Positions 12,744-31,413 are shown, numbered from the whole stretch's first letter. The stretch is 63,447 nucleotides of DNA, filler included, from Choristocarpus tenellus KU-1152 (GCA_964200185.2; 11 parts of 11 records of this genome joined end to end with filler, not necessarily neighbours in it); one strand, 5' to 3'. The notes: generated by a model from the letters alone, not told the origin. Numbers and translations are program-made.

Positions 12744-15718
12744 ATGCCGTCGAAAACATCCGCTGGCCCTTCTAGGAGGAATGGGGGTCGGGGAAAGCGG
12801 CAATCGCCATGTCTTATCTTCTGCTTCTTCGGGGTGCGAGTGGAGTTTGTTTTTTTGGCCTTCCATAATGCTAAGCATCTTGCATGTCCTGACATAGCAC
12901 AACGTTGCCACTAATTTTTGAATTCACACAAAGCTTGGGGAGACTCGCAAGACCTACCTTGTTTTTTAGACCCCGCATCGCCACAGCTACTTTGTAGATA
13001 TGATGGATTCCTTCTGCACTGGTGTTTGTTGGGACATCCTGGCTAATCAAGCATATGAGCCGGCTCAATGCTTCTTGTCCGCTGGTCTGCTGTATTGTAA
13101 AATATTGAAACCCTTGCCAGAACCAGCGGCTTGTCTCAGTGTTGTTTATGCTCTTCGAGAATCTTCGAGAATGCGACCCATTCAATACCATATATTTTTT
13201 AGATGCAAATATCGTGGTCATTTCTTCAAGGCAGCAAGAGGTGCTGGAGACTGTACCACCCATAGTTGCTGCTGGGGCACTAACACCCAAATTGAAACGA
13301 ACTGTCGGTCTGGCGTCCTAGGTGATTGTGGTGCTATGGATTGGGGTCACTTTCTCGCTCGTTCCGGCACAGCTGGCCAACATGAGTGCCCAGATATCGA
13401 CACAGGCGCGTCGAGAGCAAGAGAGTCGCTTGGAAGACGAGGGATCTTCCCTCGATAACGGGGGGCAGGGGAGTTTGCAGGTTTGTTTCGCTCTATGTAC
13501 TTTCGTGTGAAGCTCTAGGATTGGAGTTCTGCATACGTGTTGGGTTTGGATCCCTAGTGACACTAACTATTTTTGCAGGTACTTCGGAATTATGCCGATG
13601 AGTATAGAAGGTACTTGCCAAGCTGAAAATGACTGGTGAGGCCCTGCTCGAGGTCGGAACCGAGGTGTGGTATCTTATTTCTTGTCAGGGTGAATACTTG
13701 TCAGCAGAATGGCACTCCGGCTGCATGCCTTTCCTGCATTACTGCCTATACTTCAGCATACATGATCCCTTGTAGTTGTTTTGTGTCCAATTACATAGAG
13801 TGGGTGGTCTGATTACGTAACATTTGAAATTCACCTCAGTTCTCGTCTTTGAGTGGTCAAAGTCTTCCTTAAAATATCGCATTTCAAGGATGAATAGAGC
13901 TCACTTGTCTCTGGTTTTGTCGCCTTAAAGCTCTCTTCCCTCATGGACACCACTCTTGCTTCAATCTTGCCTAGAAATATCCTTACACCATTACTATAAA
14001 CGTTCCAACAATAGAAAATAGGAGTCCAGCGGCAGGGCGCTGTCCAAGACTCAAGGACAGTGCTTACGATTGTTCACTCTCTCCAACAGCCTGTGAATAG
14101 CATGCACACTATGTTGCTGGGCCACCTTTTTCTTCTGAACAGCTATCCATGGCTGTAAGGATCTTACATCAGTGCAACACCAGTTGTCCCAAAATGAAGA
14201 ATTAGCACGTATTGGACTGCTCAAGAATCTCGGCGGCACACTTTTTGTAGTACATAAAAATGATAGGGAAGATACGGGGACTTGCTGGCATTTTTGGTCA
14301 TCTTAGTGATGTATGGCAAAGTAGGGTAATGAGTATCACTTCAATCCATTCTGCAATAGTATTGTGATTACAGACTAAGCAAGGACAGGATCCTCACAGG
14401 ATTGATACTATCTCATTGAATGTTTTGACCTCTTCCCTCAGGGAATGCAGCAAGGGCCAGCGCTTCGAGCTGGAGGGAATAGGCAAGCCCAGGCTGGAGT
14501 AACAGTGGACGGATCAAGGAAGGAACTGGCGGGGCCTGCACCACCCCAGCTCACCATGGAGGAGATAATAAAAAAGATGCAGTCATTCCTCGAAGAATTG
14601 CATAGAGTGTTCACCGCCCTTCCAGCTGGACCAGTGAGTATACTTTTGTGAGTATACTTTAGTGTGTAACATGGAGGACATATTGGGAAGGGGGCAGGTG
14701 TGATCTCTGATCAAAGCATAGTGAGAAAAAACGTTATGCAAATGACCTGTGAAGGTTGTGGGGTGGGTGATGTGGATTGCAGGGCAACCCTTCTTTACCC
14801 CCCCCCTGTCCCTGTGTAGACTTTGCGTCAAATGTGTTGTTTCTTGTTTGATTTGTTTGGGGGATGTTTGGGGGATGTTACACATAATTCCCTACTCTGT
14901 GCACTTTTAAAAATGCAGTATGATACCCTCACACACCTGCGCTGAAGTGTGTTGTGCAACACTGCTTATTTTTCCTAAGTCTTCACTGTGAAGTGTGTGT
15001 TTGCCATGATGTGACCTTTTAGTACTGTGATGGGGGCGTGTGTGTTTAGATCTTACTTCGACATATGCCATGGTGGAGAGGTGTACGTCAGGAAGTGTCA
15101 TTGCCCACAATCAGAGGCATGACAGTTGTAGGGGGGCAAAGAAAAACTGAGTGCTTGTCATGTGATGCACACAAACGCTCAATATCATTTTGTCTTGTTG
15201 GTGTGTATTTGTGCTGAAACATTGTGAGGTGTACCTTGTTGACGCATTGTTGCTGTTAGTCACAAGGAAAAACATTGGGCACAGACCTCCCGCAAAAGCT
15301 TCAAATACTTGGGAGTACGTATTACCTGGCAGGCATATGGGAGAGATTGAGACTTGGCGGGGTGGGCCTCATAGAAGATTCACACCGGTCCTTGAACTTG
15401 CAAACACAGTTGACTCTTCAAAATATTTGTTTCTGCAAGGAAGACGTCAGCCGCTCTCCCCCTGCCTATTTCCTACTCTTTGCATCATCTGAATCCCTGG
15501 AGTTTGTCTCCTTTCCACAACAATTCCCCCCCCCCGTCCCCCTGTCCCCTTTTGTGTGTTCTACACTGTGTTTGTGTTCTCTTGTTTTGAATCTCTCTTG
15601 ATCACCCTTGGGATATTTCTTGTTCTATCTACAATGCACTGAAAAAGAATAGGCTCCAGAGAGGGTGTGGGAGCTCTACAAGGCGGCTACTGACAAGTGG
15701 CTTCTTCCCCTCGACAGG
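12744..15718 (+). CDS. Type II membrane protein, N-terminal part (possibly GT60/GlcNAc-transferase-like glycosyltransferase). Exons 12744-12833, 13322-13480, 13579 or 13611-13664, 14442-14633, ~15653-15718
   Basis: Spliced product: basic tail MPSKTSAGPSRRNGGRGKRQ, TM helix CLIFCFFGVIVVLWIGVTFSLVP, a stem, then MQSFLEELHRVFTALPAGPAPERVWELYKAATDKWLLPLDR. The topology is typical of Golgi enzymes. The family is a weak recollection and the catalytic domain lies beyond the contig end. Confidence 0.6.
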
Positions 15719-16086
15719 CATGGCAAACCCCATCCACAGTCTACTATGTCTCCCTTACTAAGAACAGTTCCTTCACGTCTCCCTTACTATTCTTGTGCAT
15801 TTTTGACAGTCGCACCCTGTGCAAGGTGGGAAATGCAACTTATTCTGTGAGACGTACCTCATTTTTCTTTTTTCTTCAACCATGGTTAGAGGTGTCGAAA
15901 CACAGGATGAGATGGCTAAGAGATGGATGTTGTCCAATTACATGTGTGTTCCTGTTTTCGTTGATAACTGTCTCAAAAGTTTACTCTTCAACTTTCACCA
16001 CCTCTCTCACACACACAAGGCATAATGACAGTCACCGTGCATCCTTCCAAAGGAGGACCGTAGTTTGTGCTTGTAGCTTGTTGTGC

Positions 16087-16152
<66 letters not shown>

Positions 16153-17332
16153 CCCCGCCCCGCTTGGGGTTCTCCCTTTTTGTCTTTCTCNNNNNNNNNN
16201 NNNNNNNNNNNNNNNNNNNNNNNNNNNNNNNNNNTTAATTAATTAANNNNNNNNNNNNNNNNNNNNNNNNNNNNNNNNNNNNNNNNNNNNATAGAAATCA
16301 CCATGGGTGATAGATAGGGGGGACATGGGCAGGGGAGGATGAGAGGCAGGGGAAAGGGGCAGGGGCAGGGGCAGGGAGGGCGATGTGAGCTTGCATTCTT
16401 ATAAACGACCTGGAGAGGAATCATAACATTGACTAAACATTTACAGAACTACATGGATAACAAACACAACGGAATCCGCAATCCTTATAACAAAGACCAA
16501 CCGGGTAAAACACTTGTTGAATTATTGCCAATGACAAGAATCAGATGATACAACTAAGCGGTTCATCTAGACAGAACAGAGGAAAGAATACAAGGAGGCT
16601 ATCAAATCTGCATGACCCACTGGCCAAGTGCCTCCAACTGAAAGTGGACGTACCAACTTGATACTGCCACTTTCTCCTCCACGGAGACACCCTTCGCATT
16701 CACTCTTTACCCCCAGCTGACATTTCCCATCTGGCCTCCTACCACAAACCACGTAAGTCCAACCTCAATTCAACATCAAGAAACTACAATCAGAAAAAAT
16801 GATACACGAAGGGCTTCCTCCTCAACCCAATCAGGTCAGGGACACAAATATGGTAACGATAAAGATGATAAGATCGGGCTTCGGATATCAGATAGGGCAC
16901 ACAGACACATCAAACTGCAAACATGTGCTATAAAGATGCACTGTTTACAGGTCCTTTCTTCGATCCAAGAAAATATAAACAGTCCCGTTCATGGGTCAAA
17001 CCGGATCTGGTTTTCTGAGAGGTTTTGTGCAGTTGTCTTATACCACGGAGTATTACTTACCTTCCAGCTGGATGAAGGCTTTGATATTTTATAATGTGAA
17101 CAAGCAAGTGAAGAGCCCCATCGAATGCTGGAGGGGGTGTCAGGCATCCATTCTGGGCTTTGGTAACTTTGTAGTGATTTTCATATCATTTGAGTGAACA
17201 TGCAAGATATAAAGGTAATTCCGTAATTTTGATACACCTTCCTCTTCCGTCTTCCTGCCTGGACTAAATTCATAAGAAAATCACCGATAAAAACAGGCAT
17301 GAATCTGGACTGTTTTACAACACCCCACCAAA

Positions 17333-17387
17333 CCCCAAATGGACGACCTGGCTAACCCCCCCCACACCTTCTAGGATAATTTGGGCC
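17333..17387 (-). mobile_element. Terminal fragment of sister MITE family B
   Basis: CCCCAAATGGACGACCTGG...GGATAATTTGGGCC is the reverse complement of the left end seen at 44936-44990. Confidence 0.5.
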
Positions 17388-18456
17388 AGAACAATACTAC
17401 TGGGATGATAATACTAAGGGAATGTCAGGGGGGGCGAGGAGGTTGGTTTGCTCAAGAGCGAGGGCCTAGGTGGAGGTTAAGAGGCATCCAGAAAACAATT
17501 TGGTCTCTTGACAACCACCACAACCATTATTCTTCCTCTAGCTACCTCTAGCTACTCTGAGAACTCGGTTTGAAGGACTTGAAAAGGAGATAGGAGGTTC
17601 ATGTTTATCCACAAAGCTGGTCAGATGCTATCAGTACTGGGAAATTCATCCCCAGTCAAACAAGGTGAAGCAACAAAGGCACTGTATAAGTTTTACAAGT
17701 AACTCGGGGACTACGACAACAATATACTAATATTCGTATTCCATGTTGGGGCAATTATCTCAACACCATCAGTTCTTTTTAACGGAGACCTAATCCGGAA
17801 AATTTCTGATTTCCATCAACTGAGAAATCGGCAGTTAGTCAACCGATATGATGTTACAAAATTTACTGCTAAAGGTACAAACAATTCCACATATACCATC
17901 AACAGTTTACTAACGAAGTTCTTAATGTACCATCCACTAAACCAAGACCCTCTCCAAACTCCTGGTTCACATTGCGGAATAATGGGAAAACAAAACCCGA
18001 ACAGTGTGTGACATATTATTTATATTACACGATGTCTCATGCATGGACCAAATAGTAATATTTCACACTCTAAATCCAATTGCCCATGCCCACTGTTGGG
18101 CCGTTAGGATGAACTTGCACCACAACACCATACAACTTCTAAATTTATGCAGAACTTTTATCATCACCATCACTCTGATTCTACCAGGTATTCCCAATAC
18201 TGTAATAAAACACCATAGCAAATCACTCCTTTTTTTCTTTGTAGATAATTGATTTCTTTATTCTACACCAACCACAAACCCTGTCCCTCCCTCGCTCAGC
18301 ATTTGAACCAATATTTTGCTCACAACAGACAGACTCCGTCTACCAACCTTGACATCTCTGATCACGAGATTCGTGATCAACTTGTTCTCTGGTTCTAGAA
18401 GGGGGATGCCATCGTCAGGAAATGATGTTAGCATCGACAAGTCAAACCTGACAACA

Positions 18457-18480
18457 GTTAGGGTTAGGGTTAGGGTTAGG
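18457..18480 (+). repeat. Short interstitial telomere-like (TTAGGG)4 tract
   Basis: GTTAGGGTTAGGGTTAGGGTTAGG. Confidence 0.8.
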
Positions 18481-20249
18481 TTTATACAGTTTTTCAGAGG
18501 GGAAGGGGAGGGAATAGCTTTAAATTACCATAGACTTGCCAAAAAAAATAATGTATTCTAAAACAAGCACTGACAAGATGACCGGTCACCTTAATTTGGA
18601 AAGATTTTTTTTATAGTTACCAACAAAACCATGGCAAAAAACCAAGACAAACGATAGATCTGGATCTATCTTGTCCTGTAGTGTGAAGATAATATAAAAT
18701 TATAATCAATACTCTTCTAGGATACTCTACACAAGCATATATTCATGGGCTATCTATCCTTCCTTTGTCTAGGAAATAGTGAAATTCATTCATCTGGCAA
18801 GCTTGGGAAATTCTTGTTTGAAAGTGGATGAACACTTGAATTTTAAAAGCTCACACAATTTCGCAGTATTCAAAGAAAAAGAGAAAACTTCGACTAACAG
18901 ACTTACCTGCATTGCAAATGCACAAACTTTCCTTGATATTTAGGAAACAGTACTGGGGCAAAATGAAGTTATTATATCGACATTCTTTTTTCTCTTTCAA
19001 CCCATGCTAGTATGTAGGATGATAAGTTCAGAACTGCCTCTAATCAGAGCCCCAGGACAAAGATGCTAGCTTTAGTTGCTACAACAGCTCTATAGATAAC
19101 AGATAAATAGCGCATTTAGAGGATAGGAGAGGCTGCACAGTGATCACACGCCACCTTGATGGCTCTGCATGAGTTGGAAAAATTATATCCTCTCCTCCTT
19201 ACCAAACACATATTTACCATGGATGTTGTCCAAGATCGTGACTCATTTCAAGCTCTCCTGTTCAATGACATAGCACATCCAACCGTAGCTTTGTTGCGAG
19301 TATTGAGGAATATTGATCACATCTCTGGCATCGGTCTGTTGAGGTTGTGAGTTGCTTTCAACAAACAAAAAGGTTGTTCAAGGTGAAACACAACAAACAA
19401 GGAATCTCAGTGAAACCTGGAGGCATACAAAATTACTTTATCACTTGCTATTAAAATGTGCGGACTCTTCAAGCACTAAAAAGAATTGTTAATTTACTTT
19501 GTTGCATGGAACAGCAAGGAGAAAACAAAAAAATAGAATATACGAGAGATGAGAGCCTTCGCGTTATTTTTTTCGTTATTTTTTTCCAAGAGATGAGAGT
19601 GGTACAGACATTTGTCTGTTAGATAGCTTTGTTTTCCTCCTTGCCCTACAACAACAGTGGTACCAGAGGTGGATAGATTGTACGAATCAGAATAATCTTC
19701 ATTGCCAATAACAAGGAGTAAGCAATATGGTCTGATACACATTAAGATGACACTGTTCCACTGGAGCGGCCAGCATGATATCCATACACCCAGGAAGCTG
19801 GAGATGCTCTCGCATTTTCAAATACTTCATGATTTTTTTTTAACAAAAGTCGGTGCTGACAGTTTCTTTCAAAAAAAAAGGTGATTTCAAACAGGACATT
19901 GCAGCCATAAGCTGCGCTAGTCCTAGAGGTTTGGGGTTGGGATTAATCAGATGCAGCATTGTAGTTGAGAGAACATCTCCATCTCAAAGAGCACCCGTGT
20001 CAATGTTGGCATGACAACTCAGCCAACAAAACAAGAAATATGGCGTGTGCAGGGGGGGGGGAGTATGAACGGTTTGAAATAGGGGAATCAGAGGAATCAT
20101 TCTGCAGATCCATGCACCAAAAGTGGAATCAGAGCCTTTTTCTTTTCCTTTCATTTCAAAATCAATACAAAATCAATACAACAATTGAAACGATAAGAGT
20201 CACAATCTTTATCTTGCTATGTCATACCATAAAACATCTAAGCAGAGTG

Positions 20250-20369
20250 GGATGGTGTACTGGATGGTGTACTGGATGGTATACTGGATGATGTTAGTGT
20301 ACATCGTGTTAGTGTACTGGATGGTGTACTGGATGATGTTAGTGTACTGGATGATGTTAGTGTACTCAC
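20250..20369. repeat. Minisatellite of 12-18-bp units (GGATGGTGTACT / GGATGATGTTAGTGTACT)
   Basis: Direct tandem repeats abutting the minus-strand splice donor at 20369. Confidence 0.85.
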
Positions 20370-21777
20370 TTCAAGTCTTTGTACTGCGTTTCCAGAAAAC
20401 TTGGGTCCTTGACAACCACCACCTGGTCCGCACAGCCTAGGAGATCACTGTAAAGACAAAGTTGTTTGTGTGTATGAGGAAAAATAGTAAGAAACAACGC
20501 GTACACAAAGACAAAGATAAGTTCAAAACAAGCACGACCTTAAAGCGTGTGAAGATTAATATACAATACACACAAGTATGGTGTTGCAGACAATTCACAC
20601 ACAGCAACAACATGTGACACTCTCACAATTAAAAATAGCAAAAACATCATCATAGAGCACTGGATATGTGCACAATAGAATTGTGAGGACGATTTTAGTC
20701 TGAACTAAACAAACATTAGCGATAAACAAAAACCATGCCTACATTCACTCACAGTTGGTGGGATGAAACACAAGGAGGATGTACCGTGTTGTGAAGAGTC
20801 ACAGATATGATAAATAGAAACAACTAATTATCTTGAACTAAAGTAAAGACCAGAAAGAACCAACTCAAAATTAGTTTCTTCATTATTCAATGTATAACAA
20901 AGCCTACAGCATTGTACAAATCCAACCATTATATCCCCAGCACATTCAACACACCCACATTTGCACATGAAAAAATCCACATAACAGTCCACATTTCTGA
21001 CACCGATACTTTTTTAATGGCAACATGACCATGTGCTGCTGGACTGAGCACATCTAGTAGACCAATAAACAAAAAGCACCCTGGATCAAACTCAAACAAC
21101 TGGTATTATTAAGCGTGGTATACTATTGCATGTGTGTAAAACTTGACCAGAAATATAATCTTAACCCAACCCCAACACTAACTCAAAAGTACTGGCTTTG
21201 TACTACCGCTGAAACAGAGTAAACACTAGACTAGCACAATTTTCTGTTGTATCCTACATACACAGTAGACCAAAACTTCTACCCAGTGAACTATTGCCCA
21301 CCAAAGCCCACCTGTATCCTCCGCCTGGCTTGAGCAATATAGCAGTGGTGTTAAAACCTAGGTGGGATGCCATACACGTAAACGATGCAGTAACCTGCCC
21401 CGCCCCCACACCCCACACAAGAGGGAAGTACAAGATACTTCATCAGGGCAGGGTATTGGCGGAGGAAGGCGTATTTCACGATATCGAAGGGTGACCTTTC
21501 CTAGCTGTGCTCTCTTTTAGGAGGAAATCAGATACTACATATGCTGCTGTGCTCTCTTTTGTCCAGTCTCCAAGAGATACACAATGAGAAGAGACTAAAA
21601 TCTGCCTCCAGACCTTTGCTGTGAATTGGAGCACCAGCTTAGCACTTTGGATGATATTGAGGTGTGCCAATTTGCTAAGTCATTACCATTCCGTGTACTG
21701 ACAAGACTAGGGCGTACCTCCATATGGTAGTGATGTGGATTGAACACCACGGCTTGGCGGCCTTGAAATGGCAGTAT
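20370..21777 (-). CDS. Internal exons of an unidentified gene (21777-21718, 21500-21395, 20436-20370)
   Basis: AG/GT-bounded segments splice to an open frame ILPFQGRQAVVFNPHHYHMEERSPFDIVKYAFLRQYPALMKYLVLPSCVGCGGGAGCADQVVVVKDPSFLETQYKDL. No family recognised and another frame is also open. Confidence 0.4.
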
Positions 21778-22151
21778 CTTCATCAGGATGCGAATGTATT
21801 GCAAGGACGAGAGACGTGTGTCAAAGAGTGTCAAAAACGAAAAATAAAACACAAGTCGTCATATGGGCAAGTCTTACACAACTCGAAACACATTGAAAAC
21901 ACATATGGAACATGCTACTTTTAGCACCATGTAGCAATACAGGCATATACTCATAGGCATACACAAACAGACACTGGCATGGAGACACCATCACACGCAT
22001 ACATATTACAACATAAAGGATGCAATTAGAGCAACAAACCAGTTAAAACAATTAAAATGGGAGTGGTCATATTCTTCTTCATACCACACCACACCTGTGG
22101 GAGTGTACATTGCTTCAAGGGAAAATAGATAATAGACAATAGAACCCCCTC

Positions 22152-22408
22152 CGTCAAAGTATCTTAGAGGGTAGAGCCACGTCCATTTGGGGGTCAAAAT
22201 CCAAAGTTACAATTTGACCTAATTTTGGCTATCATGTTTGTTAGGAGATGACAATATCCTTGTTCCGGACACTCCTTTTCATAACGTATGCATTTTACCT
22301 ACTCCAAAGCATTTTGGAGTAGGTAAAATGTCATTAAGAACCCGTGGGAAACCGAGCCCCAAATGGACAAACAAGGAAAAACTTGTACCCTCTAAGATAC
22401 TTTCACTC
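22152..22408 (+). mobile_element. MITE family A copy
   Basis: GTCAAAGTATCTTAGAGGGTA ... TACCCTCTAAGATACTTTCACTC with full internal homology to 600-856. The left terminus is eroded and no TSD is visible. Confidence 0.88.
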
Positions 22409-22571
22409 ATAAATCAGATATTACTATAATGCAGAAGGTGTAGAGACTGCACTTTCTATTCAGCAAGCTGAGCATACCCGCCAGTATAGTTTGTGTGTGA
22501 AAGGGCTACCTCGATAGGGCTCATAGATTCAACCGTCCTTTGGTCTGACAATACTGGATGTGACTTGCCGC

Positions 22572-22925
22572 CAGCAGGTGCTATCCGTCCTCTAAATCCT
22601 CGCCAGGGGTAACTGCTTTGATGATACCAAGAAACATTCCGGTATATCTGATAGCACAGCACAAACCACGTTCACCGCTTCTGTGAGTGTTTTGAGTTTG
22701 ACATGTACTCGAGTTGGATTTATCTATCAGAGGGCGAAGATTTGGGGGATGTCATGCGCACGTATGGAGCTGTGGGGTTCCTGGTACTGTGGGTTCCACT
22801 GATGTGATACATGTGCGGTGGGAGAGGGTGTCCATTAGAGATGCCCCGTATTACATCAGTAAGGAGGGTTACGTAAAGGTCGCCTATGAAGTGACTGTTG
22901 ACAATACTGGATTTGCACGGGGGAG
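22572..22925 (+). mobile_element. Degenerate PIF/Harbinger transposase fragment
   Basis: QVLSVL*ILARGNCFDD...SGISDSTAQTTF/HRFCECF, then PGTVGSTDVIHVRWER...KEGYVKVAYEVTVD, matching the Harbinger DDE nuclease GxxGSxDxxH motif. Contains a stop and frameshifts. Confidence 0.8.
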
Positions 22926-24035
22926 TGGTTTTAAAGTATCCCCAAAATCATCTAAGAGGGTAAAGGTGATAAACCCGGCGAGATTGCTTGGTGTCTGTAG
23001 GGTNNNNNNNNNNNNNNNNNNNNNNNNNNNNNNNNNNNNNNNNNNNNTTAATTAATTAANNNNNNNNNNNNNNNNNNNNNNNNNNNNNNNNNNNNNNNNN
23101 NNNCCCCCCGCCCAACCCTTTCCCTCTAATTTTTTGTGTTTTTACTTTCCTTTTATTGGTTCTGATGGCTACTCTTCGTTGTGAATTGTTCTTTTTGATA
23201 ATTTCAATTTTTCGAGAAAATTTTCTACTTCCGACAATAAAATTCTTTTTTGGAATACCCTTCCTTTTTTTCTTTTTCTTATTGTGGTTGTCACTTTGTT
23301 TTGTGGATAGGGTCACATGATACACAATCGATCAACAATTAAAGAAAAATGTCTGCTTCACTACTTTGGGAAGAGTTTTTTTCTCAACTACTTGTTTTCA
23401 AGACGAAAAAATGTTGTGTAGAATAAGTTGACCTCTTTTTTTCTTACAAAAAAAAAAAAGTAAAGTAATTTCCTAAACATCCCCGGTAGTTTGATTGCTA
23501 TTTCCGTGCATTTTACATGGATTGGTGTAACACATCAGGTGGATCTATGTGAGTGAGACCGGTCTGGGAATCTACCCGTTTGACCCATGGATCGGACTGA
23601 GACAACCAATACTGGACATGGTCTGGACTTGTGAGATAATTGTGGGACTGGTGTGGCCTCTGGATGGGACCATTTTATTTGTTTTGCTGGCCCAGAGAGA
23701 TAGACTGACAAAAAAATTAGAAGGAAAAAAAAAAAATCAAATCTCAATATTATGTTTAGAGACAAAGGGTAGGTGGAGAGTGCCTATATCCTGCCCACCA
23801 TCTCCCCCCACACCTCTCCCCTCTGAAGTTGAGGCGGGCATGCAAGGGCAGACTGTTGGTTGTGAGTTGAATGGGGCTATTAATGAACATGCACAGTGCG
23901 GCTGCAGCAATGGCTACCCCTGAACTGAACCTCACTTTTTTTTTGTCCGCCGTCTCCCCTGTCCCCATCTCTCAATTCACGCCTGATCCTGCCCCTGCAC
24001 CACCTGGCTGTGTTGGTGATGGGTACACTTCCCAG

Positions 24036-29930
<5,895 letters not shown>

Positions 29931-31278
29931 TGATGCACCATGGGGGAAACAGGGGATGAAGTCAAAAAGATTCTGTACGCTTTGATGTACTAAGCACTAG
30001 GTTTTTGTTTGGTGCAATGCTGGTGTAGGGAGAGAAGTGACTATAGTAATTGCACACTCATGGTTGCTTAGAGTGTGCAGTGATTGAGGAAGGTGGCAGG
30101 GAAGTAAATATGATGGATTTGTTTGGAGCCTACTGATTTGGACGACAAATTGTGGGATCAGCTTATCAGTATGACAGTATAAATTATAGATTCCATCGAT
30201 CGAAACAATGTGTTGCTCGCAATGTAAGCTTAGTCTACCATACTATCAGCAGTTTCTTTCACAGAAATACCACACCACTGGTCTCATCATTCTTTAATAC
30301 ACTTTGCTGGAAGGTGGTGAGAGGGGGGAAGGTATTCACAGTGCTGCCGTAGACAGAGGGCTGTATCTCAGGAGTTTTAGAGGTTATTCTGTAGTGTCTA
30401 GAATGGAGAGTGTCAAAGACTAGAAACTACTTCATATATGTTACCTCACTTGAGCATGATTGATTACCTTCTGTGGGGGGGAGGGTCGGTTACAGTCTTG
30501 ATGTCTCGTAGGATTCATGAGACAAGACACTCAGCAAGTGCTGTTGTGTCCAACATTGACCTTTCCTTTGAGTAAACTTCTTCTGTGGCTTGTGTTTGTT
30601 GCCACTGCTGCTGCTAGAAGAAGAGCGACTACTGCCTTACCAGGCTCACCACCAGTGCTCCATATATAAATAGACATAGCTAATGTACTTGGGACCTGGC
30701 CCAATTTGTTGATCCTTCAGCTTTTGACATCTCTATAATGACTCGTCATGATGTACTGCAGAGTCATGATACGTCAGCAGGAAACATGCGTTGTGTAACT
30801 GATAGTGTAGTGAAGGATGATGGGCTGTTGTTGCTTATTTCAGCCTAACTGGAAGTTCAATTTGTTCTTGTCTGTGCCCATTGAAGCAATTCAAGATGAA
30901 CTATATACTTAAATCTGTGTGTGGTACCTACACTGAATACAGTTCAAGATTTTGGAGTTTTCTCCTTCCCTAACCTTGAAAGGGCAACAATAATAGCAAG
31001 CAGTTAGGACGAATAAGGATCAAATTGAGGTGCACATTATGTTGCCTGTGCATCGACTCCTTATTCTCATACATACATTGGGTTATTTCTCCTCTCTTTT
31101 TATTTCTTTTCCTTTTGGTGCTTCATAGTTTTGGTAGTATAGTACTTGCATTCTCAAGCAGTATAAATTGTTTTCTTCTGATTGCCTCTTTCTACCATGA
31201 ATCTGGGACAGACCAGATACGACTGAAATGTCGTTGGGCCAACGATTTTGAGGCTAATTGGAAGTTTTGGCGGCAATG

Positions 31279-31413
31279 AACAGCCGATTTCAACAATTGA
31301 GGATGGACTTGAATCATTAAAAAAAAAACATATCGACACTTTATCCCAGTCAATTTTGGCTCCAGTCCATCCTCAATGAAAAGCTCCATCCTCAATTTTT
31401 GAAATCGGCTGTT
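31279..31413. mobile_element. 135-bp MITE (family C) with ~29-bp TIRs and 4-bp TSD
   Basis: AACAGCCGATTTCAACAATTGAGGATGGA ... TCCATCCTCAATTTTTGAAATCGGCTGTT, flanked by AATG at 31275-31278 and 31414-31417. Confidence 0.85.

Noticed and set aside
12871-13458. Overlapping 139-aa and 152-aa ORFs as independent genes
   Set aside because: They lie in intron 1/exon 2 of the type II membrane protein gene and show no recognisable protein features.
15697-16242. 181-aa proline-rich ORF
   Set aside because: The poly-Pro comes from a poly-C run at a contig end and the ORF runs into Ns.
20219-20440. ORF with VYWM repeats, or a CRISPR-like array
   Set aside because: It is the translation of a tandem minisatellite with no unique spacers.
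23537-23620. Possible upstream exon (WIYVSETGLGIYPFDPWIGLRQPILDM) of the KPSELAFYP gene
   Set aside because: It is AG/GT-bounded, but I cannot link it by homology. Insufficient support.
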